A DNA stretch of 62,010 nt from Hyphomicrobiaceae bacterium (GTDB lineage: Bacteria; Pseudomonadota; Alphaproteobacteria; Rhizobiales; Hyphomicrobiaceae): positions 1 through 62,010 of the forward strand of contig JANNRP010000387.1 of NCBI GenBank assembly GCA_031401535.1. Reading direction: 5' to 3'. Positions 8,998 through 18,748 of this stretch are shown here, in pieces. Made by a program: the position numbers and the translations under genes. A model generated the notes under the pieces. That model saw only the letters and a program-made list of their open reading frames with translations. It did not search any database and was not told where the DNA came from. Each line of letters begins with the position of its first letter. Within the stretch, counting starts at the first letter, position 1.

Positions 8998-9546
8998 TCA
9001 ATTCGCACGTTCAAGCCGGATGTCGACTTCGCGCTCGACATATGTCCATTGTGGTGACGCCCGAAGATGCGCGAGAAGTTCGTCAAAAAATCCGGAGTGC
9101 TCGGGCGCGTATTCGAACCACGTCAAGAAATCGAACGGCTCGCCAAGATCGCGACTGTGATACAGCTGGCGCGCGACGGCGGGGAGATATTCCAGGCCCG
9201 TTTGCGTATGGTGCGATTGCTCCTCGAGGATCGCGCGGCACTGGTCCTGCGCAAGTTTCCACCATGCCGCGCTTTTCTTGATCGGAATGAGGGCCGCCCG
9301 CTGGGCCTGCGCCCGCCCGAGCGCCTCCTGCCGTGACCGAAGTTTCGTCACTTCGCCGCGCGTCGCGTAGCGCAGAATGCTGGTCACGCCCTGCAAGACC
9401 CAGGCGGCCAGTGATCGCACCGCCGCGCCCGCTGGAAGAATTTCTAGGCCCGCAGCCGCCACCAGGGCTTGGCCACTAAGGGCCTGTGCCGACAGAATGC
9501 GCCATGTGCCCGTCTGAGCGGCAACAAATACATACCGATGATGCAT
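8998..9546 (-). CDS. cld: Chlorite dismutase family protein, short lineage-II (Nitrobacter-type) form
   Basis: AALIPIKKSAAWW...SHH...LPAVARQLYHSRDLGEPFDFLTWFEYAPEH...WTYVEREVDIRL. This closely resembles the dimeric Cld of Nitrobacter as I recall it, and the proximal His and distal Arg appear retained. Confidence 0.8.
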   Translation of the reverse strand: MHHRYVFVAAQTGTWRILSAQALSGQALVAAAGLEILPAGAAVRSLAAWVLQGVTSILRYATRGEVTKLRSRQEALGRAQAQRAALIPIKKSAAWWKLAQDQCRAILEEQSHHTQTGLEYLPAVARQLYHSRDLGEPFDFLTWFEYAPEHSGFFDELLAHLRASPQWTYVEREVDIRLERAN

Positions 9547-9628
9547 ATGGTTACTCCCGCAGCCTGTGGAACCCATTTGAGCGCACGCGCTGCAAATTTC
9601 GCGCCGACAGGCCGCAGAAGTGCCGACT

Positions 9629-10288
9629 TCAGGACAACCGTCGATACCAACCGGCGATCAACCCATTGCCCTTGAACGGACCCCAGGGCCGCCGCGTCAG
9701 CAGAGCGTCAAGACCAAGGCTCTTGCCGGCGCTGTTGATCAGGAAAAAGCCCTGCACGAAGACGAGGAAGATGTAGAGCCACGGCCACTCGCCTGGATGC
9801 CTGTAGAGTCCAAGCCAGAGGTGCAGCGTAAACAACATGCCGACGGCTGCCATCGGCCGGACGCAGAAGCCGAGGATGAAGGCGATGGCGAGTGACAGCT
9901 CGGTCAGATAGACGATCGGGTTGATGACCGCGAGGGCGGGAATGTAGATGTTGGTTGCGATCCAACTATGGGCGCTGAAGGCTGCGTGCTCGGCCAATTG
10001 GCGCGTCCAGCCGTCAAGACCGCCCGAGATCGGCAGCGGCAATTTCCAAAGCGATCCCTGGAACCACATCGAACCGATGCCGAGGCGCATGATCCAGGTG
10101 CCGACGTGTTCGGACGTGCGTTGCGACGGATCTTCAGACCAGTTCTTCCAGGCGATGTAGGCGCTGCCAAACAGCAGAGCCAGAAAGCCAAGCGTCAGCA
10201 CCCATGCGAAAAACGGGCCGGCATTGTTGTGATCGCCGGTCTTGCCGAGCAGAAACAGCCACGTGTCATAGAACGGATTGGTTTTCAT
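9629..10288 (-). CDS. DoxX/DoxD-like membrane protein
   Basis: 219 aa with 4-5 TM helices and a DoxX-like pattern. Its start overlaps the end of the SelD-fusion ORF by 23 nt. Confidence 0.6.
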   Translation of the reverse strand: MKTNPFYDTWLFLLGKTGDHNNAGPFFAWVLTLGFLALLFGSAYIAWKNWSEDPSQRTSEHVGTWIMRLGIGSMWFQGSLWKLPLPISGGLDGWTRQLAEHAAFSAHSWIATNIYIPALAVINPIVYLTELSLAIAFILGFCVRPMAAVGMLFTLHLWLGLYRHPGEWPWLYIFLVFVQGFFLINSAGKSLGLDALLTRRPWGPFKGNGLIAGWYRRLS

Positions 10289-12647
10289 GCGAGTTCTCCC
10301 CCAAGCCGCGGTGCGGCTGTTGCATGGTCTGGTTGGCTGCGAGGCGGCGTGACGTGTGGTCCGTTGAGGGCGGCGCGGGTGCCGTCAGATCAATGGTGAT
10401 GGCCTCAAGAGCGTCGGACCGTGGCTGCACGGTGCCGATGATGGCAGTTGCCAGATAGCCCGCAGCGCGCAGAGCTGCGACGCATGCCTGAGCACGCATG
10501 GCTGGTACGGACGCAAGCAAGCCGCCTGCGGTTTGCGGATCGAACAAGGCGGCATAGAGCGGGTGCCTGCCTGCTTCATCGATGTTGCTGATGGCACGGC
10601 GCAGGCGAACATTCTGTGGCTGCAATGATGAGAAGATACCCATGGCCAGGGTTTCGGGGACGCCATCGAGCAGCGGCACGGACTGGAGTTGCAATGTGGC
10701 GTCCACGTTCGATGCGCGCACCATTTCCACGAGATGTCCGAGCAAACCAAAGCCGGTGACATCCGTCGATGCCGTTGCGCCGTGCGCTGTCAGAATACCC
10801 GCGCCGATGCGGTTCGACGTCGTCATGTGCGCAATCGCACCCATCACCCAGCGGGCCTTGGCTTTGCCGCGCATGTCGGCGGCCAGCAGCGTGCCAGTGC
10901 CGAGCGGCTTGGTCAGGATCAGAACCTGGCCGGGTACGAGCCCACCCTTACGCAAGACTGTTTCGCGCGCGATCAATCCGTTGACGGCAAAGCCGAGAGA
11001 TAGTTCCGCGCCTTCGCTGGTGTGGCCGCCGACCAGCGCACAGCCGGCCTCGTGCAACATCTCGTTGGCGCCGGACATCATGGCGGTCAGATCGGCCTCC
11101 ACCTTGGCCTCGATCCCATACGGCACGGTGGCAATGGCGAGCGCGGTCTGCGGCTCGGCGCCCATGGCGAAAATATCGCCGAGTGCGTGGTTCACGGCAA
11201 TTTTGCCGAACAGATAAGGGTCGTCGATGATGGCGCGGAAGTAGTCGACGGAATGCACGGCAAGTTTCGGTCCACCGACATCAACCACGGCCGCATCATC
11301 GGGTGCGTCCAGACCGAGCACGACGTCGTCGCGTGGGAAGGGCTCGATGGAGCCGAGTGCGCGGCTTAAAACCGTTGCGCCGACCTTGGCGCCGCAGCCA
11401 CCACAGCGCATGGCCATGGTGGAGATTTCCTTCATTGCGGCGGCATCGGCGACGTGAACATGAGGACCAGCAGCTGCCGTCGCCATCTCCGGCAGGGCAT
11501 TGAACTTCTGCAAGAAACGGCGGTCGATCCAGTCCTTTAAGCGCCATACCCAGGCCCCCGAAAATGTGATGCCGTTGCGTGTGCCGATGGCGTTTTCGTC
11601 GCCGGTCGAGATTAGGTACAGGGCATTCTTCTGCGGCCGGTGCAGGCGCAGCGGTTCGCTTCTGAGCAGATGCCGGATGTTGGTCGCGAGCGTTGGGCCG
11701 CTGCGCACGGCATAGACGCCGGACTTTGGCAGACTGTAACCATCGAGTGAGGCCACGTCGCCGGCCGCGAACACGTTCGGATGCGACACGCTTTGCAGCG
11801 TGCGGCCGACACGGATGAAACCGGTGTCGTCCAGGGCCAGTCCTGTTTCGCGCAGCCAAGGCGCGGCCTCAGCGCGTGTGGTCCAGAAAATCTCGTGGAG
11901 CGCAACACGCTCGGCCCCGTTCAGAATAGCAATCCCGGCTTCGACGGCAGTGACTTTGCTGTTGACATGGATGGTGATGTTGCGGTTAAGCAAGACCTCG
12001 GTAAAGCGCTGCCGCGTGCAGGCAGGCAACGCGGGCAAAACCTCGGCCGACGGCGTGACAATGACAAATGACAATCCGCTGGTATCTTGACCCGCGGCGC
12101 GCACGTCGCGGACAAGCCGATGCTGCAGCGCCAGTAGCAATTCGACCCCGCCCGGGCCTGCCCCGATCACACCGATCCGTGCCTTGCCTTTGGCTGCCAG
12201 CACGCGCGTGCGCGCCGCTTCGAACCGCGCCAGAAAGCCGTCCACGGGCTTGACCGGAACGGCGTGCTCCGCAACGCCCGGGACCTGCTGCATGCCCGGC
12301 GTCGCGCCGATGTTGATTGAAAGGACATCGAACGGTACCGGCGGCCGGTTGTCGCACAGGACGCGCCGACCAGTGAGGTCGAGGCCGGTGGCCGTGCTTT
12401 GATAGAGGCGCGCGTTGGCAAAGCGTGTCAGCGGACCCGTATCGATGTGGGCGTCATCGGCGCTGTAGTGACCGGCGATCATGCCCGGCAGCATACCGGA
12501 ATAGGGCGTGTGCACCTCTCTTGTGATCAGCGTCAACCGGACGCCCGGCTCAGGGTTCATGCCGAACATGCGCAGCACGCTGACGTGGGCATGACCGGCA
12601 CCGATCAGAACCACGTCTTTCACAATTGGAATGTCTGGCGACTTCAT
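10266..12647 (-). CDS. selD: Bifunctional FAD/NAD(P)-dependent pyridine nucleotide-disulfide oxidoreductase / selenide, water dikinase (SelD)
   Basis: The N-terminal ~390 aa carry two Rossmann motifs (VVLIGAGHAH, VIGAGPGGVE). The C-terminal part is full SelD with a Cys/Lys loop RCGGCGAKV and AIR-synthase-like domains. The ATG overlaps the permease stop. Confidence 0.9.
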   Translation of the reverse strand: MKSPDIPIVKDVVLIGAGHAHVSVLRMFGMNPEPGVRLTLITREVHTPYSGMLPGMIAGHYSADDAHIDTGPLTRFANARLYQSTATGLDLTGRRVLCDNRPPVPFDVLSINIGATPGMQQVPGVAEHAVPVKPVDGFLARFEAARTRVLAAKGKARIGVIGAGPGGVELLLALQHRLVRDVRAAGQDTSGLSFVIVTPSAEVLPALPACTRQRFTEVLLNRNITIHVNSKVTAVEAGIAILNGAERVALHEIFWTTRAEAAPWLRETGLALDDTGFIRVGRTLQSVSHPNVFAAGDVASLDGYSLPKSGVYAVRSGPTLATNIRHLLRSEPLRLHRPQKNALYLISTGDENAIGTRNGITFSGAWVWRLKDWIDRRFLQKFNALPEMATAAAGPHVHVADAAAMKEISTMAMRCGGCGAKVGATVLSRALGSIEPFPRDDVVLGLDAPDDAAVVDVGGPKLAVHSVDYFRAIIDDPYLFGKIAVNHALGDIFAMGAEPQTALAIATVPYGIEAKVEADLTAMMSGANEMLHEAGCALVGGHTSEGAELSLGFAVNGLIARETVLRKGGLVPGQVLILTKPLGTGTLLAADMRGKAKARWVMGAIAHMTTSNRIGAGILTAHGATASTDVTGFGLLGHLVEMVRASNVDATLQLQSVPLLDGVPETLAMGIFSSLQPQNVRLRRAISNIDEAGRHPLYAALFDPQTAGGLLASVPAMRAQACVAALRAAGYLATAIIGTVQPRSDALEAITIDLTAPAPPSTDHTSRRLAANQTMQQPHRGLGENSHENQSVL

Positions 12648-14179
12648 CTTGGAATACCTGCCGGCCTGAGTGTTTGTGCGCCAGCGGCTTCGGCAAGTCG
12701 CGTCGGCAGAGTCGATATTTTGAGAGACGCACGAACGAAACGCGACACAGCATCAATGATTGCGGATAGCACGACCGTGGCTGCAATGAGCACGACGGCC
12801 ACATCGTAGCGCAATTCCGAGATGGCCCCATCGATATGAAACCCAAGTGTACCGACGCCAAGTACACCAAAGATCGCACTCTCGCGCACGATGATTTCCC
12901 AGCGATAGAGCAGGTATGCCAGGAACTGCCCGTACATGCGTGGAACCACTTCGAAGGCATAAAGGTTGATGCCCGCAGGCGCATCACGGCGTTGTTCCAA
13001 CTGGTCGGCATGACGGCCCATGAGATAGCCGATGATGCCACCGTTGTGCACGGCGAGCGCGATGATGGCTGGCAACATTGACGGCCCAAGCACCTGCAGC
13101 AGCACGTAGGCCAGCATGTATTCCGGCGTCGAGCGTATAATGACCAGCATAACGCGCCCAGCCGTCTGACCGCCGAGCCCAAGGAACGTGCGCGAAATCG
13201 CTGGGAAAACCACGAGCGCCATGATGCCAGCCGCGACCAGCGCGATCTGCGACAGCACCAGTGTCTGCCACGTGCCGGGCAGGATTTTGGTCGTCAGGAT
13301 CAGCCAAAACCATTTGCCAAGGGCCGCCCAAGTCGCGAGGTCGAGCAAAGCACCGTTGCGCAGTGGAAACGGCACGATGTCGTGGCCAACGAAGCGGATG
13401 AGGTTTGTGAGTGCCGACCCGCCGCCAATCGTTTCGGGCAGGAGCAACAGACTCGCGACCAGCAGCAGTGGAACAGTCGCCGGGCGTGCCCAGATGCGGC
13501 GCGTGCCGATCAGAAGATAAAAGACGCCGAGCAAAGCGGCTGCCTGTGCATAACGACCCTGTTTGAAATAGCTCTCAAGGTGAAAGCCGATCGTCGGCAG
13601 GCCGATGAAGCCGAGGATGAGTGTCGAGCGCATCCCGCATTCGAGGCGATAGAGCGTGTAGGTCTTGAAGCGTTCCAGGACTTCGGGCAGGCGCGCGAAC
13701 GCGAAGGCTGACACGGCGGACGTGCCAAACGGCAGTACACGTTCGGCGGCGAGATCCGCTTCTTCGAGCATCTCGGCGTAGACCTTGGCGAAGATGCCGG
13801 CATAGGGGACGGCAATCGCGAGCACGCCGGTCACCGGCCCGAGACCGAACACCTGGATCAGCAGCAAAGCCCAGAACAGTTCGTGGATTGAGCGGATGAC
13901 AACTGAAAACCGGCGCACGGCGGCACTGCGCGGGTAGAGGATCGCCAGACCAAAACCAGCGGCAGATCCAAGACCGACGCCGACCACGGCGAAGGCAACG
14001 GTCCAGATGACACTCCAAAGTTCAATCGCTCTGATGTCCGGCGTCAAAATTCCCCAGCTGAGGCGTTTGAGATCTGCCCATGGATTAAGAGCGGTGACAG
14101 CGATATCAGCCACCAGCAGGCAGACGATGGCGGCGGCCAGTAACAGCGCGCTGACGCTCGCATACGTGAGGCGCATCAT
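12644..14179 (-). CDS. ABC transporter permease, fused double PhnE-type
   Basis: 511 aa, two tandem PhnE-like six-helix modules. It has ATGA-type overlaps with both neighbours. Confidence 0.8.
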   Translation of the reverse strand: MMRLTYASVSALLLAAAIVCLLVADIAVTALNPWADLKRLSWGILTPDIRAIELWSVIWTVAFAVVGVGLGSAAGFGLAILYPRSAAVRRFSVVIRSIHELFWALLLIQVFGLGPVTGVLAIAVPYAGIFAKVYAEMLEEADLAAERVLPFGTSAVSAFAFARLPEVLERFKTYTLYRLECGMRSTLILGFIGLPTIGFHLESYFKQGRYAQAAALLGVFYLLIGTRRIWARPATVPLLLVASLLLLPETIGGGSALTNLIRFVGHDIVPFPLRNGALLDLATWAALGKWFWLILTTKILPGTWQTLVLSQIALVAAGIMALVVFPAISRTFLGLGGQTAGRVMLVIIRSTPEYMLAYVLLQVLGPSMLPAIIALAVHNGGIIGYLMGRHADQLEQRRDAPAGINLYAFEVVPRMYGQFLAYLLYRWEIIVRESAIFGVLGVGTLGFHIDGAISELRYDVAVVLIAATVVLSAIIDAVSRFVRASLKISTLPTRLAEAAGAQTLRPAGIPR

Positions 14180-14868
14180 GGAACGGCACCGCCGAAGTGC
14201 CCGATCAGGTCGCGCGCATTCAAGGCTGAGCTGCGCTCGTCGATGATCTTGCGGCCAGCCTCAAGAACGATAATGCGGTCCGCATGCTCAAAGGCAAGAC
14301 CGACGTCGTGCAAGGCCAAGACCAGCGTGCCAAAACGGAGGCGCAACAGGCGTAATATGTCGCCGCCTTGGACACTGTCGAGTGCCGAAACCGGCTCATC
14401 GCCGATTAAAATCGGCCGACCGTTGTAAAGCGCACGCGCCACCGAGACACGCTGTTGCTGTCCGCCGGAGAGAGCGCCCGCCTGCTCGCGCAGTTTCTCG
14501 GCCAAACCAACGTCGGTGAGGACGGACGACACCTGCGCCAGCTCATCGTCGCGCGGCCACACGAGATTGCGCAGATTATAGGCCGTTGAATGGCGATCCA
14601 GACGCCCCATGTAAACGTTATGAAACACGGACAGCGGTTTCACCAATGCTGCGGCTTGCGGCACGAGGGCAACGTGCCTCGGCACCTGATCATAGAGGAG
14701 GCCAAGCAACGTCGATTTGCCTGCACCGCTGCGGCCCATGATAGCCACGCACTCGCCAGCCTCAACCGACACCGATACATCATGCAGTACCGGCCGGCCT
14801 TGATAGCCGGCCGATGCATTCTCAACCGCGAGGGCTATGTCCCCGACCATACGCGCGCCCCCGCCCAA
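14176..14868 (-). CDS. ABC transporter ATP-binding protein (PhnC-like)
   Basis: Walker A GRSGAGKST, signature LSGGQQQR, Walker B ILIGDEP. Confidence 0.9.
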   Translation of the reverse strand: MGGGARMVGDIALAVENASAGYQGRPVLHDVSVSVEAGECVAIMGRSGAGKSTLLGLLYDQVPRHVALVPQAAALVKPLSVFHNVYMGRLDRHSTAYNLRNLVWPRDDELAQVSSVLTDVGLAEKLREQAGALSGGQQQRVSVARALYNGRPILIGDEPVSALDSVQGGDILRLLRLRFGTLVLALHDVGLAFEHADRIIVLEAGRKIIDERSSALNARDLIGHFGGAVP

Positions 14869-14890
14869 TGCTGCTCCGCAAAGCGGGAGC

Positions 14891-15763
14891 TCAGTTGATT
14901 AGCCCGATGGATTTGCCGACATCCTCGATGGCCTTGTAGTCGCTGTTCTTGGCGGGGATAAACTTGGAGCGGTCGAAGATTGCCAGCATCTTGGGATCAT
15001 CAATGCCGAGGATCACAGCTTGCAATTTGTCCTTGAAGCCAGCACCGAAGGTCTTGTCGAGATCACCACGCGCCACCCAATGATAGTCGGGGAAATCCGG
15101 CGTCTCCCAGATCGGGTGCACCATCTTTGTATCGACCTTGCCGGCCTTCACTTCCTGGTCCCACACGACGTAACTCAACACGCCGACCTGATAGGCACCG
15201 GACTGGACGAGTTGGATCGTTTTGCTGTGGTCACCCGAATACCCAACGCGCGAGAAGAAGGCTTCAGGTCCTTTACCCGTGGCTTGCCGGAGGAAGTGTT
15301 CTGGGAAAAGGCGGCCGGACGTCGAGGAGCGCGAGCCGAACGTGAAGGTCTTGCCTTCCATGGCTTTGGGGAAGTCTTTGCTCGGCATAATGCCAGCCGA
15401 CACATTGGCGATGAAGTAACTCTTGAAGGCGGGATCTTCGGCGCCTTGGGCAATGGCGTCGGAACCCGGAACTGACAAGCGCGCCTGCACGCCGGTCAGG
15501 CCGCCGAACCAGGCAAATTGCACTTGGTTGTTGGTGAACGCCGTCACGGCAGCTGGATAGCTCTTCACCGGCAGATATTTGACGGAGACACCGAGCTTGG
15601 CCTCGAAGTATTTGGCATAGATCGAGAACCGCTCCACCAGGCGGGTTTCATCCTCGTCGGGGATGGCCGTAAAAACGAGGGTCTGCGTCTGGGCATGCGC
15701 CAGACCGAGAGGTGTGGCAGCGGCCAGCGCCGCCAAAGAAGCTGTTACAGTGCGTCTATTCAT
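14891..15763 (-). CDS. PhnD-type periplasmic binding protein (phosphonate/phosphite/putative selenate class)
   Basis: Signal peptide MNRRTVTASLAALAAATPLGLAHA. PhnD-like motifs FTAIPDED, FAWFGG, GSRSSTSG. Confidence 0.8.
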   Translation of the reverse strand: MNRRTVTASLAALAAATPLGLAHAQTQTLVFTAIPDEDETRLVERFSIYAKYFEAKLGVSVKYLPVKSYPAAVTAFTNNQVQFAWFGGLTGVQARLSVPGSDAIAQGAEDPAFKSYFIANVSAGIMPSKDFPKAMEGKTFTFGSRSSTSGRLFPEHFLRQATGKGPEAFFSRVGYSGDHSKTIQLVQSGAYQVGVLSYVVWDQEVKAGKVDTKMVHPIWETPDFPDYHWVARGDLDKTFGAGFKDKLQAVILGIDDPKMLAIFDRSKFIPAKNSDYKAIEDVGKSIGLIN

Positions 15764-15894
15764 GTGAGTCCCCAAAGGTAGATCATAACGCGACACACTT
15801 GCCATAGCAGCAGATCAGTCCAGGACACTTCTCACGATTGGCCCGATGTCTATCACAGTTCAGTCAGGAAGCGCCGGGACCGCCGGTCCCAATG

Positions 15895-16779
15895 CTAATC
15901 GACACGCACTGTGCCGACGAACGCAATGCCCTCAAAGCCGACAGCACCGGTTCCCTGTTTCTCCTCAACTGCGGCCACGAAGCGGTCGATCACCGAGGTG
16001 GCGCGATCTCCGACCGCGTCGATTTGCGCCGCCATCCCCGGCGCAAACCGGAGCCGCTCGCCGAGCCACCGTGCTGAGGGAGCCCGCAGCGTCGCACGGT
16101 GCGGCTCGATCTCAACGGTGCTGAACCCGGCCGCGCGGAATAGGGCCTCGAAATCCGCGCGTTCGCGATAGCGCAATTGCGCCGGTAAGGTTGAAGCAGC
16201 GGCGCTCGGTTGGACGGCTTGGATTGCGGCCCTGAGCTGCGCGGCAAGCTCGTAGTGCTGCGGCTCGGTCCATGTGACAACGGCAACCCGTCCCCCGGGG
16301 CGCACTACGCGCCGCATTTCCGCAAGACCCCGCACAGCATCGGGAAACAGTATGACGCCGAAGATCGACACTGCCGCGTCGAATGTGGCCGCCGGATAAT
16401 CGAGCGCTTGCCCGTCCATCACGCTTGCCGTGATCGGCAAAGACTCGGCTTCTGCACGCATCGCGATGCGCGCGACCATGGCACCTGAGGCATCAATGGC
16501 CGAGACTTTGCAGCCGCGTCTGGCCAGTTCCAGAGCCGCGCCGCCACTGCCTGCGCCGACATCAAGGACTCGCAGGCCCGGTGTGATGGTCATGGCTGCA
16601 ATAACGTTGTTGGCAAAGGCAAGACTGAATGGCTCGAACACGGTTTCATACACCGAAACGTGATCGTTCCAGGCCTCGGGACGCTGATCGGGTTGGGCAG
16701 CTAGCGGTATCATTGGCGCGTGTCCGTCATTATAAGTCGTCTGGTCACTACCTGACCACCCCACCACAGCATCGTCCAA
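15895..16779 (-). CDS. Class I SAM-dependent methyltransferase
   Basis: Motif I VLDVGAGSGGAALELA, followed by an acidic residue after beta-2 (SAIDAS). The start is uncertain (16779 or 16713). Confidence 0.8.
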   Translation of the reverse strand: MDDAVVGWSGSDQTTYNDGHAPMIPLAAQPDQRPEAWNDHVSVYETVFEPFSLAFANNVIAAMTITPGLRVLDVGAGSGGAALELARRGCKVSAIDASGAMVARIAMRAEAESLPITASVMDGQALDYPAATFDAAVSIFGVILFPDAVRGLAEMRRVVRPGGRVAVVTWTEPQHYELAAQLRAAIQAVQPSAAASTLPAQLRYRERADFEALFRAAGFSTVEIEPHRATLRAPSARWLGERLRFAPGMAAQIDAVGDRATSVIDRFVAAVEEKQGTGAVGFEGIAFVGTVRVD

Positions 16780-16802
16780 TCACAGCTTCATGAGAGCAGC
16801 CA

Positions 16803-17852
16803 ATGAGCCTATTCGCCGTGCAGGCGCAGCCGACCGAGCAACCGGCGCCGACGCAGTTCGCCATCGGCCTCGGTTTGACCAACGAATGCAATCTCAGCTG
16901 CGCGTTCTGCTACCGCGATCCGGATCGCGTCGATCGGCTGTCCATCGAGCAAGTTCGCTCAGTGATGCAGCGGATGCCGGTACGCTCGGTGAACCTGGGC
17001 ACGGGCGAAAATGGTCTGCATCCGGAATTCAAGGCTATGATCGACTATCTCAAGTCGCAACCGATCAAGTTGACCATGACGTCCAATGGCTATTCGGTCG
17101 CCGCTGTCAGTGACGCCGACCTTGCATTCTTCAAAGACATCGAACTTTCCCTCGACTATCCGACCAAGGCCGAACAGGACCAGCAGCGCGGGGATGGCAA
17201 TTGGGATTTGCTGCACGAACAGGCCGCCCGTTGCCAGCGACTTGGTGTGCCCGTGACCTTCATCGCAGTCATGATGCAGACCAATTTTGATCGGCTGGCC
17301 GAGATCGCGACCATTGCCAAGCAGTACGACGCGCCTCTCCGCATCAACGTCTATCAGGCTGTCCGCACCGACAAGTTCGCATTAACCTATGACCAATACT
17401 GGAACGCCTTCGAGGCTTTGTTCGCCAGGACCGACGTGATCGCCGTCGGTGAGCCCCTGGTGCGCGCCATGGCCGGAATGCCGCCACGCACGGGCGGATG
17501 CGGTGTCGCGACAGTCCGTGTAACGCCGCGTGCCACCGTCCAGCCCTGCGTCTACTGGCCAGGCAAAGGCGAGCCGCTTGATGTGCTTCTAGATGTCGGC
17601 CCGGACGTGGTCGGCAGCGCGCCCTTCATTGCCGCACGATCAGTGCCGAGCGCCTGTGAAACCTGTGCGCACGTCGCCGCCTGCCGCGGTGGCTGCGCCG
17701 GCCGGCGGCGGTTGATGGGCGCCCTGGACAAACCCGATCCCTATTGCCCGATCGTGCGCGGCGACACACGCAAGCTCGCGGTCCAAATGGCGCCTGCGCG
17801 CGAAATGCCGAAGTTGGAAAGCGCCTGCACAACGATCGTGATGGCGCGGTGA
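16803..17852 (+). CDS. Radical SAM enzyme with C-terminal SPASM/twitch-like Cys cluster
   Basis: CNLSCAFCY (CxxxCxxC) near the N-terminus. The C-terminal segment CETCAHVAACRGGCAGRR...YCP is typical of SPASM domains. Confidence 0.8.
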   Translation: MSLFAVQAQPTEQPAPTQFAIGLGLTNECNLSCAFCYRDPDRVDRLSIEQVRSVMQRMPVRSVNLGTGENGLHPEFKAMIDYLKSQPIKLTMTSNGYSVAAVSDADLAFFKDIELSLDYPTKAEQDQQRGDGNWDLLHEQAARCQRLGVPVTFIAVMMQTNFDRLAEIATIAKQYDAPLRINVYQAVRTDKFALTYDQYWNAFEALFARTDVIAVGEPLVRAMAGMPPRTGGCGVATVRVTPRATVQPCVYWPGKGEPLDVLLDVGPDVVGSAPFIAARSVPSACETCAHVAACRGGCAGRRRLMGALDKPDPYCPIVRGDTRKLAVQMAPAREMPKLESACTTIVMAR

Positions 17853-17870
17853 GCCGACGGGTCAGCGATG

Positions 17871-18683
17871 TCACGCCAGTGCTGGAGAGACCTGATAGTC
17901 CTCAGTGTGCACCAATACAGAGTGCGGCGTGACAAAGATGATGCCGTAGGCGGCGGGCTCCTCGACTGACAGCGAGGCGTCCTCGCTATCAAAGGTCATC
18001 GGCTGCTGATGGACTGGACTCTTATAGACCGAGAATGGGATGCCCTGGATCGAACCACTGATAGTCCGATGGATATGGCCTGCCACGATGTGGCGAACGT
18101 TGCCGCGCCGCAGGACGATGTCGAAGAACGCGGCCTCATCCTTCAACCGGATGGTACCCATGCCGCGAAAGCCGACCGCATGCGGGGGATGATGCATGAA
18201 GATGATCGCCTGCCGCCGCGCCGGCAGATCGAGCGCGGCATCGAGCCACGCCAGCCGATGACGGCACAGCGCACTGTGGTGGATCTCGCCGTGGTCGTAG
18301 GGTGGGCCGTGAAGCGTATCGAGATAGATCAGCCGCAGCGGGCCATGATCGAGGCAGCGTTGAACAAAACCATTCGCGTCCGTCGGTGTCTCGGGAAAGG
18401 CGGCCCGGAAGGCGTCGCGGCGATCGTGATTGCCGAGCAAAAACGAGATCGGAATGGTCACGCCGACCAAGCGCGTTCGCAGCTGGTCATAGGCTGCGCG
18501 GTCGCCGTGGTGCGTCAGGTCTCCGGTGATGATCAGGTGGTCGGCGTCGGCATGGCGGTGGCGGATGTGCACGAGCGCTGCGGCAAGACGTTCCTGAGGA
18601 TCCAGGCCAAGGATGGTCTCACCGGCCGGTGTCACGTGGAGGTCCGTGAGGATGATCAACTTGAGACGCTCTGTGCCGGGCAT
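17871..18683 (-). CDS. Metallophosphoesterase, GpdQ/CpdA-like phosphodiesterase
   Basis: Motifs DLH, GDLTHHG, GNHD, MHHPP, GHIH in canonical order. The ATG at 18683 is preceded by GAGGA. Confidence 0.85.
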   Translation of the reverse strand: MPGTERLKLIILTDLHVTPAGETILGLDPQERLAAALVHIRHRHADADHLIITGDLTHHGDRAAYDQLRTRLVGVTIPISFLLGNHDRRDAFRAAFPETPTDANGFVQRCLDHGPLRLIYLDTLHGPPYDHGEIHHSALCRHRLAWLDAALDLPARRQAIIFMHHPPHAVGFRGMGTIRLKDEAAFFDIVLRRGNVRHIVAGHIHRTISGSIQGIPFSVYKSPVHQQPMTFDSEDASLSVEEPAAYGIIFVTPHSVLVHTEDYQVSPALA

Positions 18684-18748
18684 GGTATCCTCGCTTTTCT
18701 GGAAACAGGTCGAGACGCGACGCGCATGAAACACAGGACCGTGGATCG

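Noticed and set aside
16803-17852. Radical SAM gene as the arsenosugar enzyme ArsS (the partner expected for DUF2064/GT2 pairs).
   Set aside because: The Cys triad context (CNLSCAFCY) and the SPASM-type C-terminus (CxxCxxxxxCxGGC...C) differ from the ArsS-type Cys-rich C-terminal domain as I recall it. The analogy is kept only as a hypothesis.
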